This document shows, piece after piece, positions 1 through 9,006 of a stretch of DNA of 64,000 bases (position 1 is its first letter; every line of letters begins with the position of its first letter). The stretch lies in contig CP147779.1 in the NCBI GenBank assembly GCA_037308085.1, positions 1,056,001-1,120,000 of the forward strand, given 5' to 3'. The DNA comes from Promethearchaeati archaeon SRVP18_Atabeyarchaeia-1. Lineage in GTDB: Archaea; Asgardarchaeota; Atabeyarchaeia; Atabeyarchaeales; Atabeyarchaeaceae. The translations under genes and the position numbers were made by a program. Below the pieces are notes generated by a model. The model had not been told where the DNA came from and searched no databases. It saw only the letters and a list, made by a program, of their open reading frames with translations.

Positions 1-71
1 CTAAAGCAATATGTACGGAGATCTCAGATGCGAGGACGGGGACCTAGAATAGTCTAGCGTACGCTGTCGTC

Positions 72-2654
72 TCACCCATACCGTATTGTGTCGACCACGT
101 TCATTTTTGCTGCACCGTAGGCTGGATACGCTGCGCTGACAACTGATATTATTATGCTTGCTAGCGCGACGTACAGCAGGACGGTATATGGTATATCTAG
201 TGGCACGGCGAACAGGGCGAAGGCCATTATGTCAATGAAGTAGTTCAAGGCCAGCATTCCCGTAGCCACGCCTGCCAATAGCCCAATTACGCCGAGGATG
301 AGTGCTTCTCCAACTATCATTGCCGTGACTTGGTTCTTGCTTATGCCTATGGCTCTAAGTATGCCAATCTCCCTTCTTCTCTCAAGAATCGACATGATCA
401 TCGTTGTCGTCATGCCGAGAAGCGAGACGATTACGGCCATCAAGACTAGGACTTGGAAGAAGGCGAATATTCTCGAAATCCCGTCCACAACCTGCTTCAG
501 TACGTCTGATACTGTGAAAATGTAGATAGTCCCACTTGTTGCAGTAGTAATCCTCTGGGCTACAGCGTTGGGATCCTCGCCTTGGTTGACCTTGATGAGG
601 AAGATGTTGGCATCCCTTGTGGCGTTGTACTGGCTTGGGAAGGAGTTGACGAGCGCTTTGTAATTGGTCATCGTCATCTCGTTCTCGCTTATTGGACCTA
701 GGTTAATGAAGTCAGAGCCAAAGAATATCGCGATTACCGTGAAGTTCTGGAATTTGCCACCCTCGACCAGGACTGATACATTTTCGCCTACATTGACGCT
801 GAGTCTGCCAGCCAGCCCTGAAGCCATGATCATTGAGGCATTACTTTGGCTGAGTGTTGTGAAGATCTGATCCACTGTGTATGTCGAGTTAATGACGCCT
901 ACGCGCCAGACTTTGTCGAATGTCAGGGCGTCGACTCCGACAAGCGCAGTCGTTCTGCCATCGACGCTGGTCGGCTGGATTTTGAGGTAGGTGACCATAT
1001 TGACTCCGCTGATGCTGCTGATATTGTCAGCGTAACTCACTGGAAGTGAGCCACCGGTTGGCATTATGTATATGTCGGCACCGAGTTGCTGTCTTACGAA
1101 GTTGTTGATCCCCAAGTTTAGGCTGCCGGACATTCCGCCAATAAGAACGGTGAAAGTTATTCCGATGGCCACCATGCTCATTGTTAGGGAGCTCCTCCTC
1201 CTGTTTCTACCTATGTTTCTTGTGGCGATTGTTCTCCTACTTCTAAAAACCGGGTAGAAAAGGTAACTCAGAACTGCTGAGATCCCCTTCATTGCAGCAG
1301 TGGAGAGCAACAATATTCCGGCAGGGATCAATATCATCATTATGTAGATTCCTGTAAGGTTCAATGACAACTGCTGCACATCTGCTGCCGCGAAATTGGT
1401 GGATTCAGCGTAGTGGGCGTTAACATAATATGAGACAAGGAGAAAAACCCCTCCAAGGGAAGCCATTATGCCCGTCCCTAGCCTTCCTCCTCCCCCACCC
1501 CTCATCTGGGGTCGAATTGCTTGGACAACGTTGGTCTTCGACGCCGACAAGGCTGGATATACGCTTCCGACGCCAGCCACAGCTAGCCCCGACACGGCGC
1601 CAAACAGGGGAACATAAGAATTCACTATGAGGGGAGGAACGGCGACGTTCAAAACTGATGCCATGTAAGATGCCAAGAACTGCGACAGATAGATGCCAGT
1701 GACTACTCCGAAGACGCTACCGATCGCACCGAAAAATAACCCCTCCAACAAGAAGATGCGGAAGACTGTCCCTCGAGAGGAACCAATTGATCTCAGAACT
1801 CCCGTCTCATATTTCCGCTCGTTCACCGCCATGAGGAGAGAGTTCATTATCAGGATGCAGGCCACAGCTAGACTTATTGTGGCAGCCATATTCATGGCTA
1901 TTCTGAAACCATTGTTGATTCCCTGAACTTGGCTCAGCGTGCTTTCCTTCGGAGCCAAGACCTGGAAGTTGCTGCCCAACCTAGCCTGAAGAGCGCGAAG
2001 GATGGCCATCGTGTCATCAATATTTACGACCGATGCAACTATCGAATTCACTTTACCCCCGCTATCGAAAATACCCTGCGCAAGGGAGAGGTTTGTGATC
2101 ATGACTGCCGAATAGCCCTTCCCTTCAATGTGAGCTACTCCAATGACGCGGAGTGTCCACAGAGTGTCGCTTGGGGGAGATATCCGTACTTGCGAGACTG
2201 TCACTGTCGAGCCACTAGTAACGTTGTATTCCCTTGCAACCTGCTCCGTGACAATACACGAGTTGGTCTGGCTGAGAAGGTTCAGGCTTATATTCGAGAC
2301 TCCGAAGTCGTTATCCAACGCTGGGACTATGCCGACCAAAGTGAACGGTAGAATGAGACTCTGGTTGAGGTAGTATATTGAGCCACCGAGCAGAGGTGAC
2401 ACAGCTCTGATGCCAGGTTGGCTCGATACGGTTGACGAGTTGCCAATGCCAAAAGCCTCACCAGTCGCATATCTGACGCTGATATCAATATCGCCTTGCG
2501 ATGACATGACGGTGTTGGTGACTTGCACCATTAGGGAGTCGCCAGCCACATTTACTCCAACCAGTATGCTGACCGCGAAGACGACTGCCAGGATGGTAAG
2601 CCCGTTCCTCAGCTTCCGTCTACGCAGACCCCTAGTGGATATTCGTAAGCTCAA
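72..2654 (-). CDS. ABC transporter permease, FtsX/MacB family (duplicated domain)
   Basis: 860 aa; two ERxxExGxLRxIG motifs, each after a large extracytoplasmic domain; directly downstream of an ABC ATPase. Confidence 0.92.
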   Translation of the reverse strand: MSLRISTRGLRRRKLRNGLTILAVVFAVSILVGVNVAGDSLMVQVTNTVMSSQGDIDISVRYATGEAFGIGNSSTVSSQPGIRAVSPLLGGSIYYLNQSLILPFTLVGIVPALDNDFGVSNISLNLLSQTNSCIVTEQVAREYNVTSGSTVTVSQVRISPPSDTLWTLRVIGVAHIEGKGYSAVMITNLSLAQGIFDSGGKVNSIVASVVNIDDTMAILRALQARLGSNFQVLAPKESTLSQVQGINNGFRIAMNMAATISLAVACILIMNSLLMAVNERKYETGVLRSIGSSRGTVFRIFLLEGLFFGAIGSVFGVVTGIYLSQFLASYMASVLNVAVPPLIVNSYVPLFGAVSGLAVAGVGSVYPALSASKTNVVQAIRPQMRGGGGGRLGTGIMASLGGVFLLVSYYVNAHYAESTNFAAADVQQLSLNLTGIYIMMILIPAGILLLSTAAMKGISAVLSYLFYPVFRSRRTIATRNIGRNRRRSSLTMSMVAIGITFTVLIGGMSGSLNLGINNFVRQQLGADIYIMPTGGSLPVSYADNISSISGVNMVTYLKIQPTSVDGRTTALVGVDALTFDKVWRVGVINSTYTVDQIFTTLSQSNASMIMASGLAGRLSVNVGENVSVLVEGGKFQNFTVIAIFFGSDFINLGPISENEMTMTNYKALVNSFPSQYNATRDANIFLIKVNQGEDPNAVAQRITTATSGTIYIFTVSDVLKQVVDGISRIFAFFQVLVLMAVIVSLLGMTTTMIMSILERRREIGILRAIGISKNQVTAMIVGEALILGVIGLLAGVATGMLALNYFIDIMAFALFAVPLDIPYTVLLYVALASIIISVVSAAYPAYGAAKMNVVDTIRYG

Positions 2655-2673
2655 TTACTGTTCGCCCGCGACG

Positions 2674-3366
2674 CTAATTTTCTTCGGTGGTGATTTGCCC
2701 ATCTCTGATCCTTAGAATCCTGTCCATCTTCGCTCCGACATTCGGATCATGTGTCACAATTATGAGCGTTCGTTTCTCTTCCTTCGACAACTTTAGCAGC
2801 ATCCTTACTATTTCTTCGCCTGTCTTCGTGTCGAGATCTCCTGTGACCTCGTCGCCGAGAATTATCGCGGGGTTATTGGCGAGAGCTCTGGCGATAGCGA
2901 CCCGCTGCTGTTCACCGCCACTCAACTCGTCAGGTCTATGGTTAATCCTGTTCCCCAGCCCCACAGCAGTCAACAGCTGCTTTGCCCTTGCCCCCCTTAC
3001 ATCCTTCGGAAAACCAGCAAAAATCATCGGCAGCTCAACATTCTCGAATGCTGTGAGAACGGGTATCAGGTTATAGAATTGGAATATTGGGCCTATCATG
3101 TGTCTTCTAATCAAGGTCAGTTGTTTGTCACTCATCCCTGAGATGTTAACGCCATCGATTATAACCTCACCTGAAGTCGGCGTATCCATGGCTCCAAGCA
3201 TGTTGAGGAGAGTTGTCTTTCCAGATCCGGAGGGGCCCATGATGGCTACCGCTTCACCCTCCATGATCTTAAGGTTCACCCCCCTTAAGGCATGGACGAC
3301 ATTGTCTCCTAGCTTGTATGTCTTCACTAGTTTCCTTGTCTCAACAACTACTCTACCATCACTCAT
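2674..3366 (-). CDS. ABC transporter ATP-binding protein, LolD/MacB type
   Basis: Walker A GPSGSGKT, LSGGEQQRVAIARAL signature, DE and VTHD motifs. Confidence 0.96.
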   Translation of the reverse strand: MSDGRVVVETRKLVKTYKLGDNVVHALRGVNLKIMEGEAVAIMGPSGSGKTTLLNMLGAMDTPTSGEVIIDGVNISGMSDKQLTLIRRHMIGPIFQFYNLIPVLTAFENVELPMIFAGFPKDVRGARAKQLLTAVGLGNRINHRPDELSGGEQQRVAIARALANNPAIILGDEVTGDLDTKTGEEIVRMLLKLSKEEKRTLIIVTHDPNVGAKMDRILRIRDGQITTEEN

Positions 3367-3789
3367 TTCAGGCTCCCCCAGGTTGGTTTCAGATGTGGTA
3401 AGCGAAGAACTGCAAAACAGCAGTCTTAGACCTCTGATGAGAAGACTCTACGGTTTAAAAGGTTTTCGCGATGACTGGGAGTCTCGCAGAAACTCGCTCT
3501 CTTAATTCTCTTCAGCCGTCTCCATGGTCTTCAGAGACGCGCTCCGCGAAGCTCAATATATATTTCTTTTGTGTTTGCCTAGAGAGCTTTGCCATCTGGG
3601 CAACTTATTGCTGTTGAAAGCGATTTGCTAAGAGCTAGCTGAAACGTCGGGATGCCTGCTTTTGACCGGTCGCAGCGGAGATATCGATCGACATCATGTT
3701 GTCAGAAGGGTAGTGAGAAAGAAATTACCGCTTAGCCTTTCCTTTTCCTGCTTTCTGTCAGCTGGGAATCCGCCAAAACCTTGGAATTT

Positions 3790-5079
3790 CTATCCCGTAA
3801 AAAGCCCGTATCGGACGATGAGGAAGATTGTTCCCAAGCCGACAACTAGGAGTACGGTGGAGAGTCCGTCCTTAAGGTACTCCTTGTGTCCTATCCTGTG
3901 TCCTTTCTGCTCAGCCATGTCTGATGCAACTACTCCCGCTGCAGTTCCGATTATTGTTGCGCTCCCCCCTATGTCGCACCCTAATACGAGGGACCAGAGC
4001 AGGGGGAGCACTGGAAGGCTCGTTGCAGTGGCGATGCCTTGCACTAGGGGCAGCATTGTTACGGCGAAGGGGATGTTGCCCACGAAAGCGGATCCGAGCG
4101 CGGACAGCCACACCACGATAATGATCGCCAAGAGCATATTGTTGCCAATAATGCTTGCTAGTGATGTTGAAAGAGATGCGATGACGCCTGACTTCCTGAG
4201 TCCCCCAACCACTATGAAGATTGAGCCAAAGAATAGTAGAGTGGACCACTCTACGTGTTCTAAGATGAAGGTGAGTTTCTTGCCGCCCAGGAAAAGTAGA
4301 GTCGCCGCGGCTCCAAGGCTAATTTCTGCGGGACTCAAGCCCAACTCATTTGAGAAGATCAATAGGATTAGAAAAGTGATGAACATAGAGGACCCTAGCA
4401 GAAACGTCTTCCTGTCGGTAATCAAGTCCGAAGGTCTTGTTACCGGCACCCTCTTGTTGACTTTTGTTGTTCGAAGCTGTTTGCCATAACGCCATCTGAG
4501 GAAGAGGAGTAGGGCTACTAGTGAGAGGATAGCCAAAGGAGCCATGTTGATAATGAATTCTGAGAAGTTGATGCCATAGTTTAGTGATATCATTATGTTT
4601 GGCGGGTCTCCGATCGTCGTTGCTGTGCCGGCAATGTTCGCGGCGAGTATCTCAGCGATCATAAGGGGTTTGGGATCGAACTTCAGGACGTCACTTAACT
4701 GGATGGTGACGGCCAGCATGAATAGAACCACCGCTACGCTGTCGAGGAAGGCGGAGAGAACCGCTGTCAGCAGGATAAAGACGTAAAAGAGTCTCGTAGG
4801 ATTGGGACCGACGCGGTTTAACACGACCGCTCCAATGTAATCGAAGAACTGCCCTTCTCTCAAGGCACCAACTAATACCATTATGCCAAATAGAACGACG
4901 ATGGTTTCTATGCTTATATAGGAGACAACTTCTTCGATTGAGGTAAATATGCCCGCGGTTAGCATCAAGAAACCGCCGAGTAGTCCAGCGACCGATCTTG
5001 CGCGTCCTCCTGTGAGTATCAAAGCGAAGGTGAAAAGAAAGATGACTATTGCAGTTAGCTGAGCCCCAATAGGATCCAC
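3790..5079 (-). CDS. ArsB/NhaD (ion transporter superfamily) permease
   Basis: About 11-12 TM segments; SAFLDSV, ANIAGTATTIGDPPN and GGSATIIGTAA motifs. Confidence 0.88.
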   Translation of the reverse strand: MDPIGAQLTAIVIFLFTFALILTGGRARSVAGLLGGFLMLTAGIFTSIEEVVSYISIETIVVLFGIMVLVGALREGQFFDYIGAVVLNRVGPNPTRLFYVFILLTAVLSAFLDSVAVVLFMLAVTIQLSDVLKFDPKPLMIAEILAANIAGTATTIGDPPNIMISLNYGINFSEFIINMAPLAILSLVALLLFLRWRYGKQLRTTKVNKRVPVTRPSDLITDRKTFLLGSSMFITFLILLIFSNELGLSPAEISLGAAATLLFLGGKKLTFILEHVEWSTLLFFGSIFIVVGGLRKSGVIASLSTSLASIIGNNMLLAIIIVVWLSALGSAFVGNIPFAVTMLPLVQGIATATSLPVLPLLWSLVLGCDIGGSATIIGTAAGVVASDMAEQKGHRIGHKEYLKDGLSTVLLVVGLGTIFLIVRYGLFTG

Positions 5080-5353
5080 TTAATTGCACCCGACCCACTG
5101 CTGTCCCAAACGAACCCAGATTCTGCTGCAGTCTCCCATACAGCTCAGGCTCTTGTCGTGTATTACGGATAGAGTACCCATTCTAATTCCAATTTATACT
5201 TTTGCCAAATGGTCTTCTATTAGCGCTATGAGAAACTGAGGTCTTCGTAAGGCAGAATTCTCTTCAATATTAACCCGCTATCAGAATTCCCACGATTAGT
5301 TGAAAATCGACGCAGCCTCACGTGAAGTAAAACAGTAAGTTATATGTACGAAG

Positions 5354-5803
5354 ATGATGAGAAGCAGATCTATGAAGAGGGCGAAAGGCGACAATCGAAA
5401 AGCAACCACCGCAGATGTCATGTTCCTTGGATCATTTCTATCAATCATAGTTTTTTCGATAGGTGCCTTTCTCGATTTCCTTTTTATCATTCCTATGCTG
5501 ATATCTTTTTTTGTTTGGCTGGGTTTGACACTCACCGTCCTAAGGCGAATGGGTGTGAGTTTGAGAACTGCATTGTTAAAGCGCAAGTTAGTTAGCGGTT
5601 TGCCCTGCAATAAGAAGCTTCACGCTTTCTACATTGTGACACTCCTGGTCTCACTGATGCTCTACTTTACACTGATGCTCGTCGGCAAGGGCCTTTATCT
5701 TCTGCTTGCTTTCACGGCGTGGTTGTACATTGGATCCCTGTTTAGCCAAGAACTCGGTGGAGAAGACAATTCAAGAAAAGTCAAGAAGACTATTAAGAAC
5801 TGA
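5354..5803 (+). CDS. Hypothetical 4-TM membrane protein
   Basis: 149-aa ORF with four hydrophobic segments and basic termini; fills the gap between genes. Confidence 0.65.
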   Translation: MMRSRSMKRAKGDNRKATTADVMFLGSFLSIIVFSIGAFLDFLFIIPMLISFFVWLGLTLTVLRRMGVSLRTALLKRKLVSGLPCNKKLHAFYIVTLLVSLMLYFTLMLVGKGLYLLLAFTAWLYIGSLFSQELGGEDNSRKVKKTIKN

Positions 5804-6047
5804 TGGAGTCTTGGAGAGGTAGGCGGAAGCGGATAGGTCTTTCGGTTATTCGGGTCGGGGTCTTTTGACAAACTGGCGCGTGTTGTGGTTTTCTCTATAC
5901 TCAGCGTGCGTTGGCTTTTCAGGTATCGAGCCTAATATCAGCGCCTTTTAATAGCTAACTATATTTAGGTTCGATTAGTTCTCATCTACTTAAGCAGTTG
6001 AGCGATTCTCGATATGGAGTTGCCGACATACGTCGGAGTCAGCTGAT

Positions 6048-7634
6048 GTGATTGTAATAGGTAGCGGAATTGCAGGTCTCTACACTAGCATAGAAGCTAG
6101 TCGCCACTTGAAGGTTGCCATCGTTAACAAGAGTAGCCTGGAGGAGTGCAACACCAAGTATGCGCAAGGTGGGATAGCTGCAGCGATAGGCCCCTTTGAT
6201 TCCCCAAACCTGCATTTCAATGACACTATTAGAGCAGGGGCAGGACTTGTCGACCCTACTGCAGCGAGGATACTCGTGGAAGAGGCTCCTGACAGGATAA
6301 GTGACTTGATCAGCCTCGGCGTAACCTTTGACACAGTAGACGGCGAGATAACACTAGCAAGGGAAGGAGCCCACACCGTGCCAAGGGTTCTCCATTCCGG
6401 GGGCGACGCGACAGGTGCAAACATAGAGCAGACCCTTGGATCACTAGTAAGAAGAAACCAGAACATAAGCATCTTCGAAGACCACCTAGCTACGGAGATC
6501 CTAGTCAAAGGTGCGAAGGCTTATGGCATCAGAGCGCTGGACCGCAAAACATCCTTAACGAGAACCATCTTGGGAAAATACATAGTCCTGGCAACTGGAG
6601 GGGCTGGCATGCTCTTCAAACAAACGACAAACCCCCAAGTTGCAACTGGAGCAGGAGTGAGCATAGCCTACTTGGCTGGCGCCCTAGTATCAGACATGGA
6701 GTTCTTTCAGTTTCATCCAACTGCTCTCTGCAAGCCGGGAGCGCCGCGATTCCTGATCTCAGAGGCTGTAAGAGGTGAAGGCGGAATCCTCAGGAACTCC
6801 AAGGGAGAAGCATTTGCTCACAACTACCACCCGGACGGTGAGCTGGCTTCAAGAGACATTGTTTCCAGAGCGATCCTCGCAGAAATGAGCAAGACGAATT
6901 CTGATCATGTCTACTTGGACATTACGCACATGCCCAGCAAGATCATCGTAACGAGATTTCCGAGCATCTACAGGTTCTGCTTAACCCAAGGACTCGACAT
7001 CACGAAGGAGATGATCCCCGTTGCACCCGCAGCGCACTATATGATCGGTGGAGTCAAGACCAATGTCTGGGGCGAGACGAATATCAGGGGGCTCTACGCT
7101 TGTGGAGAAGCGGCTTGCACAGGCGTTCACGGCGCAAATCGGCTTGCAAGCAACTCCTTGATGGAGACACTTGTCTTCGGAAAGAGAATCGCAAAGCGGA
7201 TCCTATCGGAGGATCAGTGGATTGGGAGCGCCACAGAACCGAGCGACATGTCGACCTCCCTAGAGAACTACGCTGAACTATTCAGAGACGAACACCACCA
7301 CAGATCCGCTGGCGCCGACGATGTAGGTGAATTCTCGCTGGCAGACTTGCAGGAGCTAATGTGGAATAATGTCGGTATCATCCGGTCGGGCGAGAACCTG
7401 ACGGCAGCAGTTAGGCAACTTTCGAGATGGTTCAGAGAGGAGGCAGATGTAGACAGCAGCGATCCACAGAAAGCTGAGCTGGGGCTCATGATCACCTGCG
7501 CTCTTCTGATCTCGGCGACCGCCCTTATTCGCACTGAGAGTCGGGGGACTCATTACCGCGTAGATTACCCATCAGAATCGATTGTCTGGCGAAAACATGT
7601 ACTCTTCCAACGCATAAGGAACTGGGACCAGTAG
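6048..7634 (+). CDS. nadB: L-aspartate oxidase
   Basis: GSGIAG FAD motif, YAQGGIAA, EGAH, QFHPT, LISEAVRGEG, HYMIGG, GVHGANRLASNSL, ESRGTHYR; GGAG 9 nt before the GTG start. Confidence 0.95.
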   Translation: MIVIGSGIAGLYTSIEASRHLKVAIVNKSSLEECNTKYAQGGIAAAIGPFDSPNLHFNDTIRAGAGLVDPTAARILVEEAPDRISDLISLGVTFDTVDGEITLAREGAHTVPRVLHSGGDATGANIEQTLGSLVRRNQNISIFEDHLATEILVKGAKAYGIRALDRKTSLTRTILGKYIVLATGGAGMLFKQTTNPQVATGAGVSIAYLAGALVSDMEFFQFHPTALCKPGAPRFLISEAVRGEGGILRNSKGEAFAHNYHPDGELASRDIVSRAILAEMSKTNSDHVYLDITHMPSKIIVTRFPSIYRFCLTQGLDITKEMIPVAPAAHYMIGGVKTNVWGETNIRGLYACGEAACTGVHGANRLASNSLMETLVFGKRIAKRILSEDQWIGSATEPSDMSTSLENYAELFRDEHHHRSAGADDVGEFSLADLQELMWNNVGIIRSGENLTAAVRQLSRWFREEADVDSSDPQKAELGLMITCALLISATALIRTESRGTHYRVDYPSESIVWRKHVLFQRIRNWDQ

Positions 7635-7657
7635 TCATGGCTTCATGAATTATCACA

Positions 7658-8227
7658 GTGGCGAGCAAATTGCGCGAAAACCCCGAGATACGTCCAATGC
7701 GTTTGGAGTACGTTGAGGTCATAAAGATCATGGTGATAGGCGAAGGCGGCGTAGGAAAGACAACACTAATACATCGGTTCGTGACTGGCGAGTATTCAGA
7801 CCAATCCATGACAATCGGGCTTGGGTTCGCTTCCAAGACTATGAAAGCCAGGGATGGAAAAACGGTCAAGCTTCAGATATGGGACGTTGGCGGCCAGAGC
7901 CGCTTCAGGCTCCTCCTGCCTTCTGCGAAAGGTGGCGCGAAGGGAATAGTCCTGGTTTTTGATCTCTCTGTCCCCTCAACATTCATTAAGCTCGATGATT
8001 GGGTCAGGCTTGCCAGATCAGGATTTCCACCGGACAAATCCATCCCAATTGTGCTCGTGGGTGCAAAGTGCGATCTTGCAAGGCAAGTGATGGCCGATGA
8101 GGCAAGAAGGTTCGTTGCGAGAATGAAGTTAGATGGATACGTGGAAACAAGCTCGAAAGCTAGAATCATGATTGAGGAGCCATTTGCGAGACTTCTCCGG
8201 CTGATCACTCTAAGAAAGAATTGTTGA
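7658..8227 (+). CDS. Rab/Ras-like small GTPase
   Basis: G1 GEGGVGKT, G2 TIG, G3 WDVGGQ, G4 variant AKCD, G5 ETSSK; start may be ATG 7697. Confidence 0.93.
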   Translation: MASKLRENPEIRPMRLEYVEVIKIMVIGEGGVGKTTLIHRFVTGEYSDQSMTIGLGFASKTMKARDGKTVKLQIWDVGGQSRFRLLLPSAKGGAKGIVLVFDLSVPSTFIKLDDWVRLARSGFPPDKSIPIVLVGAKCDLARQVMADEARRFVARMKLDGYVETSSKARIMIEEPFARLLRLITLRKNC

Positions 8228-8241
8228 GCCACCCTTTCGCG

Positions 8242-9000
8242 TCAACCAGCTGACGCAAGCCTCATTCTTCTGATAGCACTCATGGTTAGGCGATGGTAGC
8301 GCCGCATAAACCTAGCTTTAACGTGTGCATCGTCTATTCCTCCTGTGCCTGCAAGGTCTCCTATGATGTCGCCCAGTGCATGGTAAAGTGAATCCTCTAC
8401 GGGCCCTGTGATGAATGCTGTCACGGCATTTCCCACTCTGAGCCTCAGATCGTCAGGTTTGAGGCCAAACTCGGGATCGAACCGTGCGTTAAGAGGACCC
8501 ATACTTGCCAAGTAGAGCTCTATACTTAGCCCCGTTCCTTCTCTCGCCGGGTGAATCTCCAGTCTGCCTCCCTCTTCGTCTTCTGTCCTAATGATCTCAG
8601 CCACGGTCACTTCTTTCCTCTGTTCTCCGGAATCAAGTACCTGTTCACTGACAGACTCCATCAATCCGCCACTTATGGTTCCATCTGGGCTACCAAGCAC
8701 CGTTGACGGGCTTAGCATGAGTGCGTAGGCAGCTCTGTGCTGGGGTCTCGCGAACTCCCACTTCTCTTCAATACCTTCGACCGAGGCGTCGTGTACACCG
8801 CACATCCTCAGAAGAGCGAGGGGATGTTCTGCTGTGAAGGCATAATTGGAGCCGTCGCGAAGCACAACATTACTGTCCCCCCTTACCACGTATCTTGGTT
8901 TGGCTGGGATGCCGTTCAGAGTAATTCCAGAGCCGGGCTTCGCAGGCGAAACCTTGATTACTGTTGTCTTGAGGTTCTTTTTGAGCGTGTGGAGATGTAT
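8242..9000 (-). CDS. LpxC-like zinc-dependent deacetylase (UDP-3-O-acyl-GlcNAc deacetylase fold)
   Basis: TAEH (LpxC TxEH), HALGDIIGDL (LpxC HKxLDxIGDL) and a downstream His in YHRL. The frame is open upstream of the listed GTG 8889 as IHLHTLKK...VSPAKPGSGI...IPA, matching the LpxC N-terminus. Start placed at ATA 9000 behind AGGTGA (inferred). Confidence 0.72.
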   Translation of the reverse strand: MHLHTLKKNLKTTVIKVSPAKPGSGITLNGIPAKPRYVVRGDSNVVLRDGSNYAFTAEHPLALLRMCGVHDASVEGIEEKWEFARPQHRAAYALMLSPSTVLGSPDGTISGGLMESVSEQVLDSGEQRKEVTVAEIIRTEDEEGGRLEIHPAREGTGLSIELYLASMGPLNARFDPEFGLKPDDLRLRVGNAVTAFITGPVEDSLYHALGDIIGDLAGTGGIDDAHVKARFMRRYHRLTMSAIRRMRLASAG

Positions 9001-9006
9001 TTTGCC

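Noticed and set aside
3434-3492. CTGATGA...GAAA, resembling a hammerhead ribozyme core
   Set aside because: The possible stem II does not close next to GAAA, and stems I and III cannot be formed
3662-4489. Long antisense ORFs (this 275-aa one, also 35490-36122, 47533-48141 and 63092-63703)
   Set aside because: They overlap well-supported genes on the opposite strand and show no motifs
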